This document shows positions 36,406-46,322 of a DNA stretch of 46,322 bases, piece after piece. Location of the stretch: NCBI GenBank assembly GCA_030248215.1, contig JASANG010003582.1, positions 496,001 to 542,322 of the forward strand. Reading direction: 5' to 3'. The stretch is from Enoplolaimus lenunculus. Taxonomy: Eukaryota. Made by a program: the position numbers and the translations under genes. Position 1 is the stretch's first letter. Every line of letters begins with the position of its first letter. The notes beneath the pieces were generated by a model. That model searched no databases, was not told the DNA's origin, and worked only from the letters and a program-made list of their open reading frames with translations.

Positions 36406-39400
36406 CTGAAAATAGCAATTGATCTGTATTATAAACGTGCGCAAAAATAGTTTCAAATCGAACAATTTTTGGGCAAAACGTACCTGATCAAGTACGGAAA
36501 AGATACAAGCTAATTCTTAACCGAAGCCGTATAAATATTATGTGTGCACGTCTACCAGTGTCCTGCTAAATTTTACCCAGGTCATATGTTCCCCCTTGCT
36601 GCATTTTCAACTTTTCCGAGCGAGGTAAGAAAGGATGTCGAAATAACGATTATACAAACCGGAGCCGTATAGTGAATTTTCTACCGGAACCAGAACCGGA
36701 AGTCAACCGGATAGTACAACACAATTTAGATTAGTTTCTTCAAACAAGTGATGAGTATCAAGATTAACTGTTCAGGAAGCAGCAGCATATAACTGGATAC
36801 GATTAATCATCCAATCAAAAATCATGATACGGTTCCGGTATGATGTGTTCGCTTGATATCCGATCACTCACTGCAGTTGTTCTCACCTGAAGCGAAGGTT
36901 GACGTTGAAGTGAATGTGCCAGTTTTGTCACACCCGGTGCCGCAGCAACAATGTCACTACCGTTTGTCCCACGATATTTATCAAATAGAATCTTGCGGTC
37001 AGAAATAGCAAGTCCTTCCAGACGCCGGGTGTCGTTTTGAACCACTGGCTCTGATGTTATAGTAGGCAATGTTGTTGGTATTGTTGTTGTCACTGTTCCT
37101 TTTGTTGTTTTTGTTTTTGTTGTTTCTGTTGTTGTTGTTCTTGTTGTTGTTCCACAGGTTGTATCGCATTTATCAACTGTGCGCGAGGTTGCTTTTGATG
37201 CATGAGATTTTCCGCTTATCGGTTTCGGATCTGCTGTCGTTGCTATTTCCCTGCTTTGAGTTGTGCTATCAGGCTGCGACGCGGAACGATGTTCTTGATC
37301 TGTGTTCGAGATTCCACCAGCATTAGCAGTTGTTGGCGGTGTATTTGTGATGGTGCCAGACAAACCCGATGACACAACACTGGCCGGTTGTGATTGTAAC
37401 CAACGATGCTTAATATCTTGATGCTGTTTCGCCCTTGTTTCGTCGCTCCGTGTCGATACTGGCTCATCAAATTGTCGCTGCTTGTGTTGCGCCTGTTGCT
37501 CTTTCGAAAGCTCTTGTTCACGTTTGTACTGTTCAGTTTGTTTGACTTTTCTCAGCGACGTATCGCCACCGCCAGAGTATTCAGTACCAGAAGTCGCAAG
37601 CTTGGCAGCGTTGTTTTGTTCCAGCCGTCGGTAGCTTTGTCCCCCGCCCTCCAACTCGTGTTCTCTGAGTACTGTTTGGCCGCCGATACCACCGCTGCCG
37701 TCAACACTCGGATCATGTTCGACGATTACTGTTGGATTTTTGTCTCGATATTTAGCGTCAAAACCTGAATAACTCGTTTTTCGATCGGTTCTGTTATCGC
37801 CAGGTGTTGTGTGTGTGTTTCGTTCATCTTGAATACATGCAATTGTCCTGGAAGTACTTGGAAGACACGATTTGTTGTTATCTGAAGTCGTTTGATGATG
37901 TTGTTGTCGCTTTTGCTGCTGCTGCTGTTGTAGCAATTGACTGGTCTGTTCAGAAAACAGGGGCTTACGCGTTGCGTCTAAGCTACTTCGACCTGATCCA
38001 GTTAAATATCGCCGTCCGCTTGCGTATGGCTGCGCTGTGGCACTCCACGTTGAATCAACACTATGTCTAAAGGGCGCAGACACATGTTGGACTTGATCAG
38101 TAAAGGCACGTTGGCCGTCTTCAAGTGATGATTCTATTGCGGTCGGCAGAGTCTCCTTTCGCCACAGGCTTGTTCCGCCAAACGGCTGTGAGTCTGATCC
38201 AGTGATTAAATTTGTATGTTCCTGCGCATTACTATCGGTTGATGTGTTACGTAATAATGATATGATTGCTTCGATATCGCTATGAAGCCGAGTTTCAATT
38301 CGTTGCAGGTGCCTAAAATATTAAATTTGTCTTTCATTCGATTTCTTGTTAAGAACAATCAAAACATAATGTTTAGATGTAAAAAATTGTAAATGTTATT
38401 CAACGATAAAGCTCTGGTAAAGGTAATATTGACAGATTATTACAATATACACTGAGAAACACAATAGATTTCTTTTAGTAGAAATAAGGAATCCTTATAC
38501 TAGTGAGCCGGCTTTGCGTAATGCACAAAAGTTAGCGAATGCACAACAATCTGCATGCAAATTTTCTTTTCACAGAATAATCACGTTTCTGTTCTAAGAA
38601 AATATTGTAAACAAAGCAATGCTGTAACGTTGCCCAAAATACGTATGTGGAGTATTCCAGCTTTAATAATATAGATAGGTATACGTGTGAAAATCTGTAT
38701 GTTGCTATGGTAAAAAATTCTAATTGAGCAAAAATTTGCGCCAAAATAAAAACTACGCAGGCAAAATATTTGGTGGTGCATTTGTGCAGGTTTTGACAAA
38801 AAAATAACTCTAAACATTGCCTTAAGTCAAAACTACAACACTTCGTTGAAATTGTAGCTAAATTCAAAATTATACTTAAATCACCATACTGCAACATACC
38901 GTTCAATGTGATCCAGACGTGTTTGCACTGCGGCAACAGTATTTCTTGGCCCTTGATATCGGTAAGCACCATTAGTTGAAGTATTCGCTATTACAGCCGC
39001 TTGTTCATGGCTTGTACCCGGCTCAAGAACCCTGCCACGATAACCCGCCGCCGATACCCAAAGCCCGTTATTCGATTGTGGATGAGAGGTCATTGACGCC
39101 ATTGCGGTGTCGAATGAAACAGATCCAGGCAACATTGAAATTCCTTCACCTAAAAAGTAGATAAGAGGATCAAGTAAGATTATCCGGACAAAACTTCAAG
39201 TCCGCAACTACGGGGGCGAGACATCTTTGATCCATTAGCCCAAAAGTTGTTCTACAGCATCGCAGATTTAAGTGTTACGAACACGTTGCGGCATTTTTTA
39301 TTTTATTGAACCGATAACACTTACCAAGAAAGTACCGAAGGGTGGTCCATATAAAGATCAGGGGCGGAACGTTTTTCTGTGGGACATGAATAGAATAAGC

Positions 39401-42400
39401 TTAAGGTTTAGACTAACTTTTTGATTGGCTTAGGCTAAGGCTTAGGCTTTGGCTTAGAAATAAATCCATTCCTACGCTTAGGCTTAGGCGTAGGTTTAGG
39501 CTTAGGAATAAGCTTATAATGCTGTTCCGCCCCTGTTCTTTACATTGGCCCAAAGGGGTATAGCCGGGATTTGATTTCGAGGGGGAATATCGTTGTTTTA
39601 TGGTCTCTAGGAACCGTATTCTAAGTGCGTGTGGCACCTATCACGAGTTGGCGATAGGTATTGTAGTTTTTGAACCAGCAAAGAGCGAAGTTTAAAATTC
39701 AGTATATTTTTCTTATGTCACTTGTCCTACTCCTGGAACACATTTTTTATATTTGCAATTGCAGGAGTTCCTCAGTTTGAAAACATGTTGCTAACTGGTG
39801 ATAGGTGCTGCACACATTTGAAAATACGTGCATAGAGTTTAGTAGGTTAATTTTGAAACGTATAAAAGCATATTATATAGCTATTTTCTGGTCTGTTCCA
39901 AAATCCGGAGAGTGATATATTCCACTACATCTCTTCTTGTATACGACGTCCTTGGAGTACAGTTAACTCAACAAAGCTACGAGATAAGTTGGTAATTACT
40001 TAGTCGGCGCTATAACCATTTTAAAATGCTGTTCAATTGAATTACGCCAGAAAACAAAGGATCGTGTTTTTGCTATAAACGAATTCCCATTGAGATACAC
40101 CGTGATTGGGACACGTGGACTCTGGAAAGCTTATGAATAAGCTTACGCTTTGAATTATTGTTACTTTATATTTAGGCGTAGGTTTTGTGGCCAGGCCCTT
40201 ATAGGTATCATGGACCAAACAAAATAAACGTACTCGGAGAAGCGTTTTTAGGATAACGAGTCCGGATTTTCGATTCCAACATGCTCGGATCAAGTTGTTG
40301 TGTAGCGACAACTTCTTGATACATTTCGCGAGAACCGCCAGAATATCCAGATCGAGGACTCAACAAACACGTTTCAATGATATCTTCTTCGGTTTCAGCT
40401 TCGCCTAAATAAATAAAAAGATACCAAAATATATACGCGTACGTAAACTTAAAACTAACGACCCATGTAAAGATCAAAGGCGGAACGTTTGTCTGTGGGA
40501 CTATAAAAGAGTAAGCTTCAGGTTGAGACTAATTTTTTGCTTGGCTTAGGTTTAGGAATATGCTCATTCTTTAACGCTTATGCTTAGGCTTACGAATATG
40601 CTTATAATACTGTTCCGCCCCTGTTCTTCACATTGGTCAAACTATCATAAACAGAGCTTAAGTTACATTGACAGTAACCGCATCTAAGTTCCACACGTTA
40701 AATCTTCACTCCGTAATCAAAATAGGGCAGTTTGGCAAAGACGAAAACTTTATTTATACTCGCAAGGCCGACACTTTGTTGATAAGGTCGACACACTAAA
40801 ACTGGAACGCTGTACGTTTTTGATACTTTGCTATATACGGTTGAGCAACAAAAAAGATTTAGTTTTTCTGCCCCATGTATAGAACAGGGCCGGATTGTTT
40901 TTCGGAGAGGCTATAATAGAATCAGTTTAAGCTTTAGACTAATTTTTTGCTTAAGGTTTAGGTTTAGGCTTAGGCTTAGGAATATGCTTATACTACTGTT
41001 CCGGCCCTTTTCTATACATGGGCCGTTTTTAGCAGAAATGGCGTGCACTGCAACGATAGAATTTAGCTCGAGCTTAGAGGCAATTTTAGACAAAACAGCC
41101 TTAAGCTTATACAAGGTCAAAAGTTTTGACGAAAGCGCACACGAAAGCGCAGTTCTCATTCGAGTTATTTAATTCATAACAAAACAAAGACTAAAAGCTG
41201 AAACTGAGTACAGGTTTCGCGCAAATGTCAATATATTTGACAATTAGAAATCGTCACTGAAAACCTCAGAATTAAGCATAAAACAATGAAATGTAAAATC
41301 ACACTCGACATAAGTCAAAAGACGGCTTAATCCGTCTTTTTGCAACCCTGCCAATATTTCAAAATTTAAAACTAAACTACGTCATACCATTTGGACGTCT
41401 AAGTAAAGGCGATAATTCTGGATGGCTCCTGAGACGACCCGTTTCGCATAACGGTTGGATGCAGTTGGCAGTTTGAGAGCCTAAAAAATTAATGAAAAAT
41501 ATTAAATTTATATTTTATACAAATTTATTTATTATGAATTCGAAAAAAAATTAAAACCAACTTTTAATAATCACCAGGTATAAAATCTTAGCGAAATCTA
41601 TAACTTTTTCAGCATTTTAGTATTCGATTGCCGCCTGTATATTGCATTATAACCTAAAATTAGAATGATTAGCAGCGGTTTGCAGTTTTACAATTCGTAC
41701 AAAACCCATTTTTATGAAAACCCTCAAATCAAAAAAAAATATTCAGCTACAGTTTAAACATTTCGCTCAAATTACAAGCGTATTGCTGAAATTAAGGTAA
41801 ACCTTGACCACAAATTCGGTCATTCATTTGAACCGGAACCGCTTACCGGGCATCTTGGTTCCGTCGTTTTTAGAAATTCTCAAATCTGTTAAGCTGCGCT
41901 TCAAATTTTGTAATACTCCTGAAACCAAAAAATACGACAAATCTAAATAATCAAAACTCGGTCGTAGGCGTAAAGGGCCGTGCTTATGGTTGCCCGGGCT
42001 TCTTACAGTCCGGTCCCTTTAGTAATGGAAATTCAAGGTGTTTTTGCTCGGAGGATATCTGAGGTTGGCTGACCCCCCACCGCCACGAATTGGTATCTAA
42101 CCTCAACTCGAGAGTCAACATAGAGGAAGACTACAGGTGAAAATGCCTCGAACGAAGCGTTTGAGAAGCCAGACGAATTTTGTAACACTAAATCTCAAAG
42201 CAAAATTTTAGTTTGCTTGAATCCAATACAGTGTCCGATCCTCAGAATTGACCTAAGATTCGCACATGCCCTTGCAAAATCTTTCCATTGCAACCTATGC
42301 TCTCCAAATCATAAAATCCTGGCTACGCGTTTGCCAAACACTTAGCCAGCATTTTTCTGACTAACCTGATAAGGAACTAGCACCTCGACGGCCGTGTGGC

Positions 42401-45400
42401 GGATGCGCGGCGAAACTTAACCCGCCAGTATGAGGGTAGTACTGACGCTGACTCTGCTGATGTTGTTCGAACGCCAGTGGCTGCGGTGTAGTCATGAACG
42501 TATAATTTGCTGGTGTCACATCGTTGCCCGCCAGCGCAGGTGAATATTCTACAATGCCCGACCCGGATGGTACGGCGCGGAACCCGGAAGTAATTTGCCC
42601 GTTGTTATAAAAATGTCTATGTTGTTGATGCTGTGACAGATCACCCGTTCCTGATACAACCGAATCGCGTGGCGTTGCGTCTAATTGTTGAACGATCGCT
42701 TTTGATGTTACGTCATGAGAAGTAGTGGCAAACGTGTTGTCAGGTTGTTGCCACTGTAACGAGTCCAGTTGTTGCGGCGGTGTCGTATGTGTTGCGCTTG
42801 TTGTTGTTGGAGTTGTAATGGTTGCAAGTGCAGTAATTGCAGTTGAATCTTCTTCATCATCGTCATCATCGTCGTCATTGTCATTATCACCATCATTATC
42901 ATTACCATTATTGTCGCTGATATCGTTTTGTTGTTGCTGTTGTTGCTGCTGCTGTTGTCCGTCTGTGTCGTCATTGGTCAACGTTGCGTCTGTTGTTCCA
43001 CCAGTTGTTGCTACAACGCCTCCAGCTCCACCACCGCTGTCACGGGCCCTTAATCGCGGCCTGATCCGACGAACTGACCGAGGTCGCTTGCGCAAGAAGT
43101 CTTCGGTTTCTACAAGTTAAAGTAAACAACACAACATACCAGGGACGTCGTAACGATTTTTTCTATGGGTGTCAAACGGCCACCAAATCCGATCCGGAAT
43201 CCGACAAAAAATTCAATCCTTGGTAAGCAACCACGAATCAAAAGACAGAGTATACGAGTGAAGCGAGCAAGAGGCCAGCGCATTTTTGTTGCATTATATG
43301 GTTTGAATTGCAAAACGGAATTTTAGCTTTGACGGATTTTAGCGGTATCAGTGACATCACTTTACTTTTGTCATAGGATCGATTGGCCCCCTCGGTCACA
43401 TCTGATTCCGCATGCTTGCAACAGATAAGCAACACCATGACAAGGATTATTTTTTATGTCGAAATTTAGGACAAAACGACGTCTAAACTTTTATTTTTTG
43501 CATCCATGAATAAGAGACCAATTTTTGAATACATGTTACAAGTCAAATTTGGCGTTTTATTTCACGAGCGAAACGAGCGACAAGCCAGATGACAATTCTT
43601 CGGACAAATTCAACTTTTAAATGCTAAAAATATTTGTTTTAAAATTTTGTAAGGGTTCCTTTAGGTATAACGGCCTAACCCATCTGGGGGGCGGGGTACA
43701 GAAGACGCTAAGCACGGCGGAATCGGGGTGTATACTTTGACCAAACAACCAATATTTATCTAGAAATTTCATTACTGGAATTAATACAAAAAATAAATCT
43801 GGCATCATTGTTCCTTCACTGGCAACGTTTCCACGTTGTTGAATTTTTAATTATATATACGGTCCATGTTACTTTAAGGGGCGTCCAGGTTTCTGGTGGG
43901 TCTATAAAAGAGTAGGTTTAGATTCTAGATTACATTTTTTGCTTAGGCTTAGGCTTTGGCTTAAGCTTAGACTTAGGAACTTTAGGAACTCATTTTCGCA
44001 ACGCTTAGGCTTAAGCTAAGGCTTAGGAATACGCTTAATCTACTGTTACGCCCCTTAAAGTAACATTGGCCGAATATACTATAGACTACATTAATACAGT
44101 TGATATGATAGAACCCAACGTTCACAAATGGCTAAAATATGGGCATTGAACGTACCAACTTCCTCATCTTCAGCCACTACTCGATATGGTTCTGATTCTT
44201 TTCGATATTTTTCACGCGTTGCTACATTATCCTGCAAAAACTCACACAAACGACCCTAAGTTTTATATTATACTTTGAATTTAGACGTCAACTTTTAGCT
44301 ATTGCAGAAGACTATCAAACGAACGTTTAGCTTATAAAGTGATAGCATCGTTGTTTAATAACTTTGTCAAATGCTTATTTACTACAACATATGAATTCGG
44401 TTGCAAGCACCGGGTTTCAGTTGCATTGTGTTTTTACTTTGACTCACACAAATTCTGAGCCAAGGCTATAAATACCCGAGCACCACGACCCCCGCACCCG
44501 AGAGACGGAACCACCCTTCAACAGCAGCTGATCCAGGACAATGGACTCATAGGCGACATCGCAATATATAATGACAAAAAATTTGCGAGCTAAGCGAGCA
44601 AACAGCCAAACAATCGTGAAAAGCGTGAGCTTTAACATGAAGGGGGTTCAAGGTGCACACCGGATCGGTTTGGCTTACGACCCCCGGTGAACACGGGACG
44701 TCCTTCTTAGATGCATAGGGGGTGGCAGCCCCGGCACTGCACAAATTTTTGTATAACCGTGGTATATCTTGTCTTTTTAGGCACATACTCTCTAAAAGCT
44801 TAAACTAACTGAGTTAAGCTTAACCTAATCCAGTAGTATTAAACTAACTTTCTAGAATAACTGAACTAACGGGTAGGATTACGCTTAAACTAGTTTAAAA
44901 TCTTACGTAGTTTTAGTTTAAGCTAAACTTAGTGAACTCTTTGATACACATAATTTCTGGCCAGCACTTTTTGCTTAATCTAAAAATAAGTTCACTTAAA
45001 CTCGTGTTAAACATAAAAAAATGCTAGTTTAGGTAAAACTTAAAATTCCAGTTTCGTTAGTCCGTCCAGCCATTTGAGTTTTACTTACACTAATATTCAA
45101 GTTTAGTTAAGCTGTAATTTAAGTTTAAGTTTTTAGAGAGTAGTTGAAAATCATATTCGACCGCTTTACGACTTCAAGCTACTATCCTATAAAAGTTTAT
45201 TCATCTTAATTCTACAACTCGATGTGTAGTTTGACGTATTTTGAGTTTAGCAAAATTGATACGCAGGTTTTGGTTACACAACATATAACCGCATACAAAA
45301 TCGTTTGCCTCAGTAACTATAATCACGGGCGCAGCCAAAAGTTTGTAAAAAGACAGCATGGCTTACGTAATTTTAAACAAAAATCACAAACAAAGAAGGT

Positions 45401-45565
45401 TTAATATCCGACTGAAAGTTAACATTTTGAAAATATTTGCGACTTTTCCCAAAGCGAATCAGTTTAAATATTGTAATAAACACACGTAAAAAGAAAAACG
45501 AAACTTACTACTGAAGAAGCAAATATTTCTGATTTTAGTAGCGTATGACTCGCAGTGAGGGCTTC
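36133..45565 (-). CDS. erg: ERG/KCNH2-type (EAG family) voltage-gated K+ channel, 3' portion only. Join 45565-45509, 44231-44156, 43109-42366, 41480-41388, 40404-40234, 39149-38900, 38312-36887, 36405-36133
   Basis: GT-AG exons join in phase (3090 nt, 1030 codons). VQTRLDHIER|HLQRIETRLHSDIEAIISLLR aligns without gaps to the hERG tetramerising coiled coil as I recall it ([31 protein letters not shown]; 14/31 identical). The channel core and cNBD lie outside the window, so the family call rests on this one motif. Confidence 0.72.
36887..38312 (-). CDS. ERG-like gene large exon: coiled coil plus long disordered tail (the frame also runs on to a stop at 36815)
   Basis: attttAG acceptor, then HLQRIETRLHSDIEAIISLLR continuous with ORF 36815-38083. 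CAG|GTGAGA donor at 36886. Confidence 0.82.
38900..39149 (-). CDS. ERG-like gene exon, first half of coiled coil
   Basis: Acceptor tttttAG, donor GTATGT. Ends VAAVQTRLDHIE(R). Confidence 0.82.
39343..39551 (+). mobile_element. TTAGGC-core MITE, subfamily A
   Basis: CAGGGGCGGAAC..GTTCCGCCCCTG TIRs; long TTAGGC core. Confidence 0.85.
39610..39831. mobile_element. MITE, same family as 1821-2033
   Basis: Shares the termini ACCTATCA..AGTT..CGATAGGT and AACTGGTGATAGGTGCTGCACACATTTGA. Confidence 0.7.
40234..40404 (-). CDS. ERG-like gene exon (171 nt, phase 1-1)
   Basis: Acceptor tatttAG, donor GTACGT. Encodes GEAETEEDIIETCLLSPRSG..RTRYPKNASP. Confidence 0.75.
40459..40639 (+). mobile_element. TTAGGC-core MITE, subfamily A
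   Basis: Close match to the 39343 copy. Confidence 0.82.
40868..41025 (+). mobile_element. TTAGGC-core MITE, subfamily A
   Basis: CCCATGTATAGAACAGGGCCGGA..TCCGGCCCTTTTCTATACATGGG; TTTTT on both flanks. Confidence 0.88.
41388..41480 (-). CDS. ERG-like gene exon (93 nt, phase 1-1)
   Basis: Acceptor ttttttAG, donor GTATGA. Encodes GSQTANCIQPLCETGRLRSHPELSPLLRRPN. Confidence 0.7.
42366..43109 (-). CDS. ERG-like gene exon, low complexity (basic patch, polyQ, polyD)
   Basis: ORF 42361-43095 bounded by cttgtAG and GTTAGT. ETEDFLRKRPRSVRRIRPR..QQQQ..DDDDEED. Confidence 0.8.
43860..44072 (+). mobile_element. TTAGGC-core MITE, subfamily B
   Basis: TIRs GGTCCATGTTACTTTAAGGGGCGT / ACGCCCCTTAAAGTAACATTGGCC. 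Confidence 0.88.
44156..44231 (-). CDS. ERG-like gene exon
   Basis: Acceptor ttttgcAG, donor GTACGT. Encodes DNVATREKYRKESEPYRVVAEDEEV; phase 0-1 fits the next exon. Confidence 0.7.
44455..44739. mobile_element. hAT-type MITE
   Basis: Right TIR AGCCCCGGCACTG; perfect 8-bp TSD CACAAATT. Confidence 0.75.
44788..45140. mobile_element. TA-flanked palindromic MITE
   Basis: TA|CTCTCTAAAAGCTTAAACT..AGTTTAAGTTTTTAGAGAG|TA. Confidence 0.8.
45509..45565 (-). CDS. ERG-like gene exon (57 nt, phase 0-0)
   Basis: Acceptor tatttcAG, donor GTAAGT. Encodes EALTASHTLLKSEIFASSV. Confidence 0.6.
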
Positions 45566-45807
45566 CTGAAATAACTGGTCTAAAATTATGACCAATGTTA
45601 CTTTTGGGCCAAAATTATAATGGCGTTGGCAAAAAAACAATTCAAATCAAAATTGCAGTGAATATAAAAAATTAGTTTGTTACATAAAACAAACACACAC
45701 AATATATACGTATATACATATGTCGGTATATGTGCATGTAAGTGTATGTAAAGCAAATGTTTCCATGCCTTTGCACATATACCGCCGGTATAAGAAGTTG
45801 TTGCAAT

Positions 45808-45879
45808 GACCGCGTGGTATAGTCGTAGCATGCTTAGCTCGAGCGCAAGACGGCCGAGGTTCGATTCCTGGCGTGGTCA
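45808..45879 (+). pseudogene. tRNA-like element (degenerate tRNA or SINE head)
   Basis: 72 nt. Acceptor stem GACCGCG/CGTGGTC pairs; A-box TGGTATAGTCG; B-box GGTTCGATTCC. The anticodon stem is irregular and the T-stem has a G-G mismatch. Confidence 0.65.
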
Positions 45880-46322
45880 TTAACTTTGAGCGAAACTTCA
45901 AACAGGGGTATCGTATAATACCAACAATACATACTGTTTCAAACGATTTTACGTTGCGGTTCCTGGCAATATTATACTTTTTATACTTTATGTCAAAAAT
46001 TTATTGTTTCAGTTCCATAAATTTACGAGTAAATATCTGAATACGACCCTGATAAAAGTATTCAAACAAAAAATAGTCTTAGAAAAATTAAAATACTGAA
46101 AGAACTTTATCGAATGATATTAAACAATTTTTGACCGACACTGCCGGTGCGAAATTACGTCCCCATCCGGTACACCCCCCCCCCCCGCTTCAAAACAGTG
46201 TTGCGAATCGCTCATATCAAATTTATGTTTTTTTTTAAATCTTCCTCTTTATTATTTCGCAGTAAAAATAAACTCAACCCGTCAGCCATGCGGGCAAAAT
46301 TTATTTTTTTCCGCATAAATAT

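Noticed and set aside
3492..41172. Many short ORFs with LGLGLG, LSLSLS or LRLRLR peptides
   Set aside because: Translations of the TTAGGC arrays in MITEs.
42708..43120. Overlapping ORFs with polyC, polyS or Met-rich peptides
   Set aside because: Antisense or shifted frames of the trinucleotide-rich ERG-like exon.

Overview
AT-rich, intron-rich animal genomic DNA. The Eph protein looks protostome-like, and abundant TTAGGC arrays hint at a nematode or relative (inference). Two convergent genes are present. (1) Plus strand, 3877-29707: a nearly complete Eph receptor tyrosine kinase, reconstructed by hand as 16 GT-AG exons with consistent phases (about 1395 codons; the signal-peptide exon was not found). 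It encodes ephrin-binding, Sushi/EGF, 2xFN3, TM, YVDPxxYEDP juxtamembrane, intact kinase and SAM domains, then an unusual ~125-residue CAA-encoded polyQ/H tail ending GYYV*. There is also a candidate 78-nt juxtamembrane cassette exon and a 4x190-bp tandem duplication that multiplies one splice donor. (2) Minus strand, 45565-36133: the 3' part of an ERG/KCNH2-type K+ channel, identified by its tetramerising coiled coil. It has about 1030 codons of low-complexity C-terminal tail and two possible C-termini. Introns and the intergenic gap hold a decayed piggyBac transposase, a DINE-1/HINE-like Helentron element, about 10 MITEs with telomere-like (TTAGGC)n cores, hAT-type MITEs with 8-bp TSDs, TA-flanked MITEs, tRNA-like elements and a 19/20-bp minisatellite with higher-order structure. 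All homology calls come from recognising motifs by eye; no searches were run.
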